NCBI GenBank assembly: GCA_015523605.1
Contig: WAKC01000043.1
Span: 47,339-111,338 of the forward strand
Direction: 5' to 3'
Origin: Candidatus Geothermarchaeota archaeon
Lineage (GTDB): Archaea > Thermoproteota > Nitrososphaeria > Geothermarchaeales > JDFR-13
Length of the DNA stretch: 64,000 nucleotides
Below, one piece after another: positions 1 through 9,007 of this stretch; positions within the stretch are counted from its first letter, which is position 1, and each line of letters starts with the position of its first letter. The translations under genes were made by a program, and so were the position numbers. A model generated the notes under the pieces. That model made no database searches and had not been told where the DNA came from. It worked only from the letters and a program-made list of their open reading frames with translations.

Positions 1-1103
1 GATAGAACTATCGCTAGTAGTGCGGGTGAATATTTGACTGGCCTTGCATACCATATCGTCATTAAGACTGCAAACATTGTTAGTCCCATTGTGATAAGCT
101 CTCCCCAGGTGAATAGCTGTCCCTGTATCTGGAGTACGAATGGTTGTGGAGTATCTGCTAGCATATGATGGTTCCACACGAATAGTGACAACACTAAATC
201 GGCGAGAATAACACTTCTGACTACCGACTCACCAAATAACTCCCTACCAACTAGAAGCGGGACGAGGAAGTACCATACGGCCGCGGTGAAGATTAATACG
301 TTTCCATCTGCAATCAGGTCTAATCCCCACCAGAATACGTTCTTGTATATCAACGGGTCTATCAATGTGGCTGGAATCTGTGAGCCTATTAGACTGGTTA
401 TTGAGTATATGCCGAGGAGCAGTGAGACACCTGCCATTACGAAAGCGTTTAGGGTTGTATCTACACATCCTCTAAAGACTCCAACTACGAACACTGGGTA
501 TGAGTATACCCTTGGTAGGTACTCCTTTATCCCTTTGGTCTTGGCCTTCAGCTTATCGAGGTTGAAGGCAAGTGTCAATAGCTCCTTAGCTACGTAACCA
601 GCTCCTCCAGCCCCTCTAGATGGAAGGAATATCGTGGCGAACATGTTGAAGAAGAATGCCAATATGGAGGCGAATATCATTATAGTTCCAACGCTAAAAA
701 CGAGTGTAGACTGTGGTGGATATTCAAGGACTGGTAGTGGCCAATATAGGGTGTATAAGGCTGAGAATTTGAATAGGAATCCGGATAGCCATGTGATTAA
801 TACGCCGAGGAACATAACCCAGAATGATATATTAGCAACTCTCTCACTGTATAGGTCTTTCTTTAGGACAACTGGTACTAGGTAGTAGAAGGCACCCATT
901 ACAGCCATATAAGCCCATCCATATATACCTACGAATGGATGTACAGTCATTACGGCATAGTATTCCTCAGGAGTGTAGAAGTCTGCTATATAACCCATTA
1001 GTCTAGCCCTCATCAATATACCTTCTATACCAGCTACTCCAAGCCAGAATACTCCTGCCAAGACATATTTGAGGGCGAGTTTCTCCCTAGGACCTAGACC
1101 CAT
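1..1103 (-). CDS. heme-copper oxidase subunit I (partial; C-terminal part lies beyond window start)
   Basis: Reverse-strand translation from the ATG at 1103 begins MGLGPREKLALKYVLAGVFWLGVAGIEGILMRARL, matching the COX I helix-I signature (LYLIFGAWAGMVG..LIRAEL-like). It is hydrophobic and polytopic, has GGAGGTG Shine-Dalgarno-like (SD-like) sequence at 1110-1116, and starts 3 nt after the stop of the subunit II-like gene. Not in the ORF track because it is truncated by the window edge. Confidence 0.65.
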   Translation of the reverse strand, partial: MGLGPREKLALKYVLAGVFWLGVAGIEGILMRARLMGYIADFYTPEEYYAVMTVHPFVGIYGWAYMAVMGAFYYLVPVVLKKDLYSERVANISFWVMFLGVLITWLSGFLFKFSALYTLYWPLPVLEYPPQSTLVFSVGTIMIFASILAFFFNMFATIFLPSRGAGGAGYVAKELLTLAFNLDKLKAKTKGIKEYLPRVYSYPVFVVGVFRGCVDTTLNAFVMAGVSLLLGIYSITSLIGSQIPATLIDPLIYKNVFWWGLDLIADGNVLIFTAAVWYFLVPLLVGRELFGESVVRSVILADLVLSLFVWNHHMLADTPQPFVLQIQGQLFTWGELITMGLTMFAVLMTIWYARPVKYSPALLAIVL

Positions 1104-1105
1104 GG

Positions 1106-1720
1106 CTATTCACCTCCTACGACAATTACATCATATAAGACCATGTAAGGGTGCTCAGGTCCACTGTATTCTGTACTTCTAATTGTATAGACACCTGGTT
1201 CATCGAATACCCAGACGATCCTATTTTCATAACCAGGTACTACCTGCATCTGGAAGACCATCGTACCATCTTTCCTGAAGACTCCAAATCCGTATGTCAA
1301 GTCGTTGGAGTATACCTTAAACTCTACAGGCTTGCCAAGAGGTAATTCTATGGGGTTTTCTGGTAGTATAAATGTATGGTTCTCCATAGTTATTACAACA
1401 GTCTTAACCGGATCTTCATCTAAATATACTTGGTACTGCATTGAGGGCATCAGAGGTGATAGAAAGATTATATTTCCTATGACGGCCACTGTGAACAATA
1501 CGCCTAGCCATATCTTCTCAGAACGCTCCATACCCATATGGACCTTCTTGCCTCCATCCGTCTTTATCTCTGGCCGACTCCTTGAGGTGATGTATATAAA
1601 GCTGACTATAAATATAGTGTATACTGTAATTAGTCCGATATAAAATATTTCAACTAGTTGCTGTAAATACATACAATCACCCCGAAATATATATTTCGTA
1701 TATAAATGTATAAGAGGCAT
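1106..1720 (-). CDS. oxidase subunit II-like cupredoxin-fold protein lacking CuA cysteines (quinol-oxidase type, SoxA/CyoA-like)
   Basis: N-terminal TM helix and C-terminal beta-rich domain. The CuA motif region reads YTIRSTEYSGPEHPYM: His and Met are retained but both Cys are replaced by Ser. Directly upstream of, and co-oriented with, subunit I. The true start is probably the internal Met (MYLQQ, about 1672), with a TATA-like TTTATATAC about 30 nt upstream. Confidence 0.55.
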   Translation of the reverse strand: MPLIHLYTKYIFRGDCMYLQQLVEIFYIGLITVYTIFIVSFIYITSRSRPEIKTDGGKKVHMGMERSEKIWLGVLFTVAVIGNIIFLSPLMPSMQYQVYLDEDPVKTVVITMENHTFILPENPIELPLGKPVEFKVYSNDLTYGFGVFRKDGTMVFQMQVVPGYENRIVWVFDEPGVYTIRSTEYSGPEHPYMVLYDVIVVGGE

Positions 1721-1833
1721 CCCTAACTAGTAAGGGAATATATTATAAGTAGAATTCATACACTCAATCCGAGAATATAAACATGTAATTATCTCAGTAT
1801 GGATAAAAAATGTAGAATTGTTTTATATATAAT

Positions 1834-1849
1834 GCCTGATATATCAGGC
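1834..1849. promoter_or_regulatory. perfect 16-bp palindrome GCCTGATATATCAGGC in divergent promoter region
   Basis: Exact inverted repeat read directly from the sequence. It sits about 35 bp upstream of a TATA-like TTTATATAGAG (1883-1893) that precedes the cupredoxin ATG at 1912. Confidence 0.4.
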
Positions 1850-1911
1850 TTACCATTATATCAAGAAATCGTTAATTTAGTTTATATAGAGAGTTATATT
1901 GGTGGACTGAG

Positions 1912-2451
1912 ATGTCCGACAGACTCTTCCTACTCGGCTCCGGACTAGTAGTATTAGTGATGGTTATACTAGGGTTCTTCATCTTCTATCCTGAGCCAAA
2001 TGTTAAAGCATATGAGGTCGACCTATCAGATTTCACATTCATCCTCAGGGATGGTGAGTTTCCAATAACTGTGAAGGTTGGCCAAACAATCATTTTTAAG
2101 CTAAGGAACGTGGGTGGCTTTGACCATGAATTTATGATTGTTACTCCTGAGATGAAGGATATGATGCTGAATAAGGCGGTTGAGGTTCTTAATGAGCTTA
2201 AGGAGATGGGCCTGAGTGGAGAGGAGCTGTTGGAGATGTATGAGGAGGAGGTTGGTGGCCATGGTATGGAGATGGGTGAAGGGATGATCCTCATGGTGAG
2301 ATTGGATCCTGGGGAATCGACTCAGGTGGAGGTATCCTTTGATGAGCCTGGTACATATTACATTATGTGTATTGAGGCAGGGGGTACAGCTGAGGCGGGA
2401 GTCTCTCATGCTCATCAAGGGATGGTTGCAGAGTTAGTTGTTAAGGGTTAA
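1912..2451 (+). CDS. membrane-anchored cupredoxin (type-1 copper ligand set H/C/H/M) with Met-rich insert
   Basis: N-terminal TM helix LFLLGSGLVVLVMVILGFFIF. The ligand-like residues are His in GGFDHEF, then YYIMCIEAGGTAEAGVSHAHQGM supplying Cys, His and Met. It carries a Met-rich segment MKDMM...GHGMEMGEGMILM. Divergent from the oxidase operon. Confidence 0.55.
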   Translation: MSDRLFLLGSGLVVLVMVILGFFIFYPEPNVKAYEVDLSDFTFILRDGEFPITVKVGQTIIFKLRNVGGFDHEFMIVTPEMKDMMLNKAVEVLNELKEMGLSGEELLEMYEEEVGGHGMEMGEGMILMVRLDPGESTQVEVSFDEPGTYYIMCIEAGGTAEAGVSHAHQGMVAELVVKG

Positions 2452-2516
2452 CCATAATTTTTTTAAATACCCTCCCCTCTTCCTTAATAAATTGCTTATG
2501 CTATATATATGGTGTA

Positions 2517-3653
2517 ATGTCTAGAATTATGAGGTCTATAGATAGAAAAAGCTTGGAGAAAGCTCTGGAGACATATAGGGTTCTAGATGAGGATGGTAAT
2601 CTGGTTGGTGAGGAGCCTTCCATCTCAGACTCTACATTGGTTAAGATGTTTGAATATATGGTTAGAGCAAGGGTTCTGGATGAGTGGCTCCTGAAGCTTC
2701 AGAGACTGGGTAAAGTAGCAATACATGCACCTAATAAAGGCCAGGAGGCGATTGTTGGCGCGGTGATGCCGTTGAGGCCGGAGGACTGGGTATTCCCAAG
2801 CTATAGAGACCTTGGCGTCTATCTAGTTAGGGGGATGTCTGAGGAGGAGATTCTGGATCGGGCCCTCTATAATGAGGATGATCCGCTTAAGGGAAGTGAT
2901 TTCGCCATATATGGTAATAGGAAGTATAATATGGTTCCCACCCCCGTTCCGGTAGGGAATCAGATACCCCATGCCGTTGGGGTAGCATATGCTATGAAGT
3001 ATAGGGGTGAAGACCTGGTTACTATGGTTATGTTTGGTGATGGAGCTACTTCGAGGGGTGATTTCCATGCAGGTCTCAACTTTGCAGGTGTATATAGAGT
3101 TCCGGTGATATTCGTCTGTGAAAATAATGGTTGGGCTATATCAGTACCATTTGAGAGGCAGACGAGGTCGCCCTCGATAGCCTTCAGAGGTCTTGCCTAT
3201 GGGGTAGACTCTATAAGGGTGGATGGAAACGATGTTCTAGCTATGTATACAGTTGCTAAACAGGCTATAGAGAGGGCTAGAAAGGATAAGGAGCCATATC
3301 TCATAGAGATGCTCACCTATAGACTCGGGTCCCATACTACAGCGGATGATCCAAGTAGGTATAGGTCTGAGGAGGAGGTTAGGGAGATGATGAGGTATGA
3401 GCCTCTAAAGAGATTTAAAAGGTATCTAGTCGATAAAGGCCTCATAACTGAGTCAGAGGCAGATGAGTTGTACAGGAGATATTCCTCATATGTTGAAGAG
3501 GCTGCTAAAAAGGCTCTTAACAAGTCACCCCTCCCTCGAGACATATTCTTCTATAATGTCTATAGCACCTTGCCCTGGAATTTGAAGATGCAGCTGGAAG
3601 AGTTTAGAGAGGCTATAAAAACTATTGAGGAGTTTGGCTTGGAGGTTGACTAG
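2517..3653 (+). CDS. 2-oxoacid dehydrogenase E1 component alpha subunit (TPP-dependent)
   Basis: The GDGATSRGDFHAGLNFA TPP-binding motif and an overall E1alpha layout (YR..G, VCENNGWAIS). First gene of the E1a-E1b-E2-E3 operon. Confidence 0.85.
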   Translation: MSRIMRSIDRKSLEKALETYRVLDEDGNLVGEEPSISDSTLVKMFEYMVRARVLDEWLLKLQRLGKVAIHAPNKGQEAIVGAVMPLRPEDWVFPSYRDLGVYLVRGMSEEEILDRALYNEDDPLKGSDFAIYGNRKYNMVPTPVPVGNQIPHAVGVAYAMKYRGEDLVTMVMFGDGATSRGDFHAGLNFAGVYRVPVIFVCENNGWAISVPFERQTRSPSIAFRGLAYGVDSIRVDGNDVLAMYTVAKQAIERARKDKEPYLIEMLTYRLGSHTTADDPSRYRSEEEVREMMRYEPLKRFKRYLVDKGLITESEADELYRRYSSYVEEAAKKALNKSPLPRDIFFYNVYSTLPWNLKMQLEEFREAIKTIEEFGLEVD

Positions 3654-3655
3654 AA

Positions 3656-4633
3656 ATGCCTGTTATGAATATGGTTCAGGCTTTAAATCTGGCTCTTAGG
3701 GAGGAGATGGAGAGGGATGATCGTGTTGTGGTTCTTGGTGAGGACGTCGGCCGGAGAGGCGGTGTTTTCCTAGTAACGGAGGGGCTCATCGATCTTTTTG
3801 GGGAGGAGAGAGTTATAGATACACCCTTGACCGAGCTTGGTATAGTCGGTTTTTCCATAGGCCTCGCTCTATATGGTTTAAGGCCTGTCGCTGAAATCCA
3901 GTTTATAGATTTTGTCTACGAGGCTTTCGACCAGATATATAGTAACATGGCTAGGATAAGATTCAGATCTGGAGGTATGTATACGGTTCCAATGGTACTT
4001 AGAAGTCCGTGCTGTGGAGGTATTAAGGGTGGTATGCATCATAGCCAGAGTCCAGAGTCATTCTTCATCCACTCAACTGGCTTATATGTCATGATGCCTA
4101 GTGGCCCATATGATGCTAAGGGAATGCTGAAGACGGCTATACGTCTTGATGATCCAGTAATTTTTCTGGAGCCTAAATCAATATATAGAGTTATTAAGGA
4201 AGAAGTTCCAGAGGAAGATTATACTATTGATCTGGGGAAGGGTAAGGTGGTTAGGGAAGGTGGAGATGTAACCGTTGTGACTTGGGGGGCTATGGTGCAT
4301 CTCGCTAATCAGGCTGCAGATTTTATTAAAGAGAAGTTGGGTGTTGAGCTTGAGATAATTGATCTACGCACTCTATATCCATATGATAAAGACTTGATTA
4401 TAGAGAGTCTTGAGAAGACTGGTAGATTGATTATCGTCCATGAAGCACCAAAGATATTGGGTTTAGGTGCTGAGATATCCGCATATATAGCTGAGGAACA
4501 TGTAGACCTTTTATACGGCCCTATTATAAGGGTTACGGGGTATGACACACCTTTTCCATTGGCTCATGAGAAGCTTTACATGCCTAATGTAGCCCGTATC
4601 TATAACGCGGTTAAGAGGTCTTTGGAGTTTTGA
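3656..4633 (+). CDS. 2-oxoacid dehydrogenase E1 component beta subunit
   Basis: Transketolase-like pyrimidine-binding and C-terminal domains (VVVLGEDVG..GGVF, TPLTE). Starts 3 nt after the E1alpha stop. Confidence 0.85.
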   Translation: MPVMNMVQALNLALREEMERDDRVVVLGEDVGRRGGVFLVTEGLIDLFGEERVIDTPLTELGIVGFSIGLALYGLRPVAEIQFIDFVYEAFDQIYSNMARIRFRSGGMYTVPMVLRSPCCGGIKGGMHHSQSPESFFIHSTGLYVMMPSGPYDAKGMLKTAIRLDDPVIFLEPKSIYRVIKEEVPEEDYTIDLGKGKVVREGGDVTVVTWGAMVHLANQAADFIKEKLGVELEIIDLRTLYPYDKDLIIESLEKTGRLIIVHEAPKILGLGAEISAYIAEEHVDLLYGPIIRVTGYDTPFPLAHEKLYMPNVARIYNAVKRSLEF

Positions 4634-4643
4634 GGTGGTGGAT

Positions 4644-5846
4644 ATGGCTAGGAAGATATATAAATTGCCTGATATAGGCGAGGGTATAGCTGAGGGTGAG
4701 ATTGTAAAATGGCTTGTTAAAGAAGGTGATTATGTTAAACAGTTCCAACCTCTTGTAGAGGTTTTGACGGCTAAGGCGAAGGTGGAGATTCCTTCTCCAT
4801 ATGATGGTAGAATAGTTAAGATATTAGCTAGAGAAGGTGATGTAGTTCCCGTTGGAGCACCACTCCTTGAGATTGAAGTTTCTGGCGAAGCTGTGGAGGC
4901 GGCTGTGGAGAAGCCTGGAGAACCTATTGAGAAGACTATTGAGACGGTTAAAGAGGATAAAGTTTCATCATCTATTAGGGTTAGAGCTCCCCCAGGGGTG
5001 CGCTTATTGGCTAGAAGGCTTGGGGTAGACCTTACAAAGGTTAGAGGCTCGGGACCAAATGGGATCATCACAAAGGCAGATGTAGAAGCATATATAGAGT
5101 CTATGAAGGCCAGAGAGTCTAGAGTCGTGTCAGAAGAACCACGGGAGGCTTTAGAGGAGAGGGTTAAGATCAGGGGTATTAGGAGGTTCATGTTTAAGAA
5201 TATGGCTATGGCGAAGCAGTCAATTCCCCATGCATATCTTATCGAGGAGGTTGATGTAACGGAGTTGTGGAGGCTTAGGGAGAAGGTTAAGGAATATGGG
5301 CTTGATAAAGGTGTTAAAATTACGATACTACCGTTTATAATTAAGGCTGTTATCCATGCACTTAAGGAGTATCCACTTCTAAATGCCTCTGTTGACGAGG
5401 AGAAGGAGGAGATCATAGTGAAGAAGTATTACAATATTGGGATTGCCGTGGATGCAGGAGATGCACTTGTCGTGCCGAACATTAAGGATGCGGATAAAAA
5501 ATCCATTCTCGAATTGGCTAGGGAGATTAGGGAGCTAGCTGAGAAGGCTAGGAAGGGTGAGTTGTCATTGGAGGATGTGAGTAATGGAACCTTCACCATT
5601 ACAAATATTGGGGCTATAGGTTCTATCGCTGGTATGGCTGTTATAAATCCGCCTGAAGTCGCTATATTAGGTGTTCACAGGACTTTTGAGAGGCCGGTTT
5701 TGGAAGGTGATAAGCTGGTTAACAGGAAATTCATGTATATCTCGATAAGTTTTGACCATCGTATCCTTGAAGGAGCGTATGTTACACGTTTCCTAGTTAA
5801 AGTTAAGGATCTACTTGAAAATCCATATAACCTACTTGTTGAATAG
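4644..5846 (+). CDS. dihydrolipoamide acyltransferase (E2) with N-terminal lipoyl domain
   Basis: Lipoyl domain LPDIGEGIAEGEIVKW...VLTAKAKVEIPSPYDGRI. C-terminal catalytic domain with the DHRILEGAY motif. The ATG at 4644 is preceded by GGTGGTGG; the ORF track begins at the GTG at 4635. Confidence 0.85.
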   Translation: MARKIYKLPDIGEGIAEGEIVKWLVKEGDYVKQFQPLVEVLTAKAKVEIPSPYDGRIVKILAREGDVVPVGAPLLEIEVSGEAVEAAVEKPGEPIEKTIETVKEDKVSSSIRVRAPPGVRLLARRLGVDLTKVRGSGPNGIITKADVEAYIESMKARESRVVSEEPREALEERVKIRGIRRFMFKNMAMAKQSIPHAYLIEEVDVTELWRLREKVKEYGLDKGVKITILPFIIKAVIHALKEYPLLNASVDEEKEEIIVKKYYNIGIAVDAGDALVVPNIKDADKKSILELAREIRELAEKARKGELSLEDVSNGTFTITNIGAIGSIAGMAVINPPEVAILGVHRTFERPVLEGDKLVNRKFMYISISFDHRILEGAYVTRFLVKVKDLLENPYNLLVE

Positions 5847-5864
5847 AATATTTGGTGTCTCTAG

Positions 5865-7223
5865 ATGGAGAAATATGATGTTCTAGTGGTTGGCGGCGGT
5901 CCGGCTGGTTATCCAGCTGCTATTAGAGCAGCCCAGAATGGGGCTAAGGTAGCTATTATTGAGAGGGATAAGTTTGGAGGTGAGTGTACAAATTACGGGT
6001 GTATCCCTACTAAAGCCCTGCTTAAAGGTGCTAAGGTGGCTGAGGAACTGAATAGATACCCCTTTGTAAAGGGTGGTGTATCTATAGACTTTAAAGAGTT
6101 GATGCGATGGGTAGGTAGGGTATCATCGAGATCTTCAAGAGGGGTTGAATATCTCCTCAAGGGTTATGGTGTAGAGATATATCGTGGTGAGGCAAGATTT
6201 AAAGATGTCAAGACTGTTAAAGTGGGTGATAAGGAACTTCATGGCGATAAGGTTATTTTGGCTCTAGGATCTAGACCTATAGATATCCCCGGCTTCCCTG
6301 TGGATGGCGAGAGAATACATAATAACAGAACTATACTAGGAATTGATGAGAAGCCAGGCTCAATTGCAATTATAGGCGCTGGATATATCGGTGTGGAGTA
6401 TGCGACGGTCTTCTCGAGTCTAGGGTCTGAAGTATTCCTTATAGAGCTTCTAGAAAGAGTTTTACCACTTATGGATAAGGATTTCTCAAGGTTGATGGAT
6501 AAGATACTTCGGAGGAGGGGTGTCAAGATATATACGGGTGTAAAGGCTGAGAAGCCTGAGATAGGTGGAGATGGAGTCAGTATCAGACTCTCTAATGGAG
6601 ATGTTATAAATGTGGATATAGTGCTTGTAGCTGTGGGAAGACGGCCTAATTCTGAGGGCTTGGATGGGTTAGGTGTCAGACTGGATGAAAAGGGCTTCGT
6701 TATTGTAGATGATATGATGATGACAAATGTAGACGGTGTCTATGCAGCTGGAGACTTGGCTGGTCAGCCTATGCTCGCACATAAGGCGTTCCTAGAGGGT
6801 GTAATAGCTGGTGAAAACGCTTCGGGGGGTGAGATATATAAGGTATCCAAGTTTATACCCTCCGTCGTTTATACGGAGCCGGAGCTTGTCTCTGTAGGAT
6901 ATACGTTGGAGGCTGCCCTAGATAATGGTATCAAGGCGGAGGAGAAGCTATATCCAATTGGCGGTGTTGCCAAGGCCTATATAGAGGGTATGACTGAGGG
7001 ATTTGTAAAGATGGTTGTTGATGGAGAGGGCAGTATATATGGTATCCATATAGCTGCGCCAAATGCCTCTGAATTGGCTGGGGAGGCCACATATCTACTT
7101 GAGACGAGATCTACAGTTGAGGATGTAGCTCTAACCGTCCATCCACATCCAACGATTTCCGAGGCTTTGAAGGAGGCAGCAGAATATATCATAGGTAGGC
7201 CATATCATTACCTACTTAAGTAG
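5865..7223 (+). CDS. lpdA: dihydrolipoamide dehydrogenase (E3)
   Basis: FAD motif VVGGGPAGY, redox-active disulfide GGECTNYGCIPTK, and the C-terminal HPHPTISE dimerisation motif. Confidence 0.9.
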   Translation: MEKYDVLVVGGGPAGYPAAIRAAQNGAKVAIIERDKFGGECTNYGCIPTKALLKGAKVAEELNRYPFVKGGVSIDFKELMRWVGRVSSRSSRGVEYLLKGYGVEIYRGEARFKDVKTVKVGDKELHGDKVILALGSRPIDIPGFPVDGERIHNNRTILGIDEKPGSIAIIGAGYIGVEYATVFSSLGSEVFLIELLERVLPLMDKDFSRLMDKILRRRGVKIYTGVKAEKPEIGGDGVSIRLSNGDVINVDIVLVAVGRRPNSEGLDGLGVRLDEKGFVIVDDMMMTNVDGVYAAGDLAGQPMLAHKAFLEGVIAGENASGGEIYKVSKFIPSVVYTEPELVSVGYTLEAALDNGIKAEEKLYPIGGVAKAYIEGMTEGFVKMVVDGEGSIYGIHIAAPNASELAGEATYLLETRSTVEDVALTVHPHPTISEALKEAAEYIIGRPYHYLLK

Positions 7224-7973
7224 GTTGTAAGGGATCTCCCCTCTATAACCCCTCTTTATATTCCACTTTCCACTTAAATATTTCCTCACTATTTTATCCA
7301 ATCTCTTATATAGGCTACTATCGATTTTAACTAGCTCTATATCGCCTGATAAATCTTCAATGCTTTCCTCCAGGGTTTCAATTGCTTCTTCAAGACTTAC
7401 TTTTACAAATCTAGTCAAGTTGGTTGGTCTATATTTTGCTGGCGTCACCTTACCTTCATGGACCATCTGTAGTGGAGGATTTAAAAGCCTTTTCATGAGA
7501 TCTATATCTGCCTCTACCAATAATGTGGCATGATATACTGTGGCATCCCTACGTATCCAGATGGATGATCCAGAGACTTTATATCCCTCAATCACAACGT
7601 CATTCCTATTTTCTATATACGGGTTTAGAGAGAGCTTCTCCAATGTATGGATAATATATTTACTCCCTACCCTGTAGATCTTCGATATATCTATTATCCT
7701 CCTTGGGATGTATAGGCTAAAATTTATGTTTCCCAAGTCATGGTATACAGTTCCGCCTCCAGACTGCCGCCTCACAATGGGGATCTCCAATTTATCGGCT
7801 AATTCTAGGTTAACCTCGTCACTAGGCTTCTGTCCATATCCTATAACTAATGTCTTATCTTGTATCCATATCCGGGTAACCTCTTCATTTAACTTTATAG
7901 AGTAATCTGATAATACCTCCTCCATTGCAATATTGGTTATAGGGTCTCCGCCGAAGCTCTTTATTATCTTCAT
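7212..7973 (-). CDS. lplA: lipoate-protein ligase A
   Basis: BPL/LPL catalytic motif RRQSGGGTVYHDLGNINFSL. Convergent with the E3 gene, overlapping it by 12 nt. Confidence 0.8.
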   Translation of the reverse strand: MKIIKSFGGDPITNIAMEEVLSDYSIKLNEEVTRIWIQDKTLVIGYGQKPSDEVNLELADKLEIPIVRRQSGGGTVYHDLGNINFSLYIPRRIIDISKIYRVGSKYIIHTLEKLSLNPYIENRNDVVIEGYKVSGSSIWIRRDATVYHATLLVEADIDLMKRLLNPPLQMVHEGKVTPAKYRPTNLTRFVKVSLEEAIETLEESIEDLSGDIELVKIDSSLYKRLDKIVRKYLSGKWNIKRGYRGEIPYNLLK

Positions 7974-8032
7974 CCCCTATCCAACCGTCTAACAAGATGA
8001 TTTATACGTCTAGTAAGATTAATTATTAGATT

Positions 8033-8467
8033 ATGGCGTGTGTCTTCTGCAGGATTGTAAAGAGAGAGTTACCCTCTTATATTGTCTATGAGGATGATAA
8101 GAACATGGTATTTCTAGATATATACCCAGTTTCTAAGGGTCATTTACTCGTCATACCAAAGGAACACTATGAATCAATCCATGATACTCCAGGAAAGATC
8201 CTTGCAAGAACTTGGCTCCTTGCTTCTATCCTTGGGAAGATATATAGAGTCGAGATGGGTGCCCCAGGTGTTAATATAGTCACCAATAGTGGTAGCGCGG
8301 CTGGGCAGGAGGTATTTCATTTCCATATTCACGTCATTCCCAGATGGGGTAGATGGACAGGTTTTTGGGGAGGACGGCATAGGTTGAGTGAGGAGGAGGC
8401 TAGGGATGTTCTGGATATGTGGAGCAGTAAGAAGGAGTTAATAGTGAAGGGTTTAAGTGAGATTTAG
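8033..8467 (+). CDS. HIT family hydrolase
   Basis: Histidine triad HFHIHVIP. Small, 144 aa. Confidence 0.8.
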   Translation: MACVFCRIVKRELPSYIVYEDDKNMVFLDIYPVSKGHLLVIPKEHYESIHDTPGKILARTWLLASILGKIYRVEMGAPGVNIVTNSGSAAGQEVFHFHIHVIPRWGRWTGFWGGRHRLSEEEARDVLDMWSSKKELIVKGLSEI

Positions 8468-8565
8468 AGATGCTTATCACTTATACATAAATATTCAGTT
8501 GGCACGTGGTATTTAGAATTATTCATTAAGTGTTTATCTAGTTAGATGCATATTCAGCATTTTGT

Positions 8566-8964
8566 ATGTATGAATTTGAGAAGCTTTTGGAGGACATTGG
8601 AAAAGGTGATATCGAATCCATAAGGAAACTCCTATATTTCCTTATGGATTATATACCGCCGGGTATTGACAATATGGTTCTATTGTTTGAAGACGGTGAA
8701 AGATCTTTATATCTCTCTAGTGAGGGTGTAAAGTCTGTAATGGTTTCGAGGGGTGAATTCCTTCCATTTATCGAGTCTCATATGCTTAGCCTATCTATAG
8801 AGAGGCTTAAAGAGAGGGATTTAATGGCTATAGGGAAGAGGTTGGACGATATTCTTCTTGATCTCTATAATGTTTTGGTGAGATGGTTGGACCATGGTTT
8901 TGATGATCACCCGCTCTATTCAAAGGCTAGAGAATATGTAGAGTGGTTTGAGAAACGTGGTTAA
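8566..8964 (+). CDS. hypothetical protein
   Basis: 132-aa ORF with good coding texture and no recognisable motif. Confidence 0.35.
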   Translation: MYEFEKLLEDIGKGDIESIRKLLYFLMDYIPPGIDNMVLLFEDGERSLYLSSEGVKSVMVSRGEFLPFIESHMLSLSIERLKERDLMAIGKRLDDILLDLYNVLVRWLDHGFDDHPLYSKAREYVEWFEKRG

Positions 8965-9007
8965 AACAATTTTTTATTGATTTGATATTTCTATTCTTAG
9001 GTTTGTC

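Noticed and set aside
244-2418. Multiple 60-110 aa ORFs in the six-frame track (244-468, 286-597, 634-885, 1151-1345, 1305-1643, 1986-2294, 2101-2418)
   Set aside because: All lie inside or antisense to the well-supported oxidase and cupredoxin genes, with low-complexity Ser/Leu/Ile-rich translations. Treated as spurious; the same holds for comparable antisense ORFs throughout the window.
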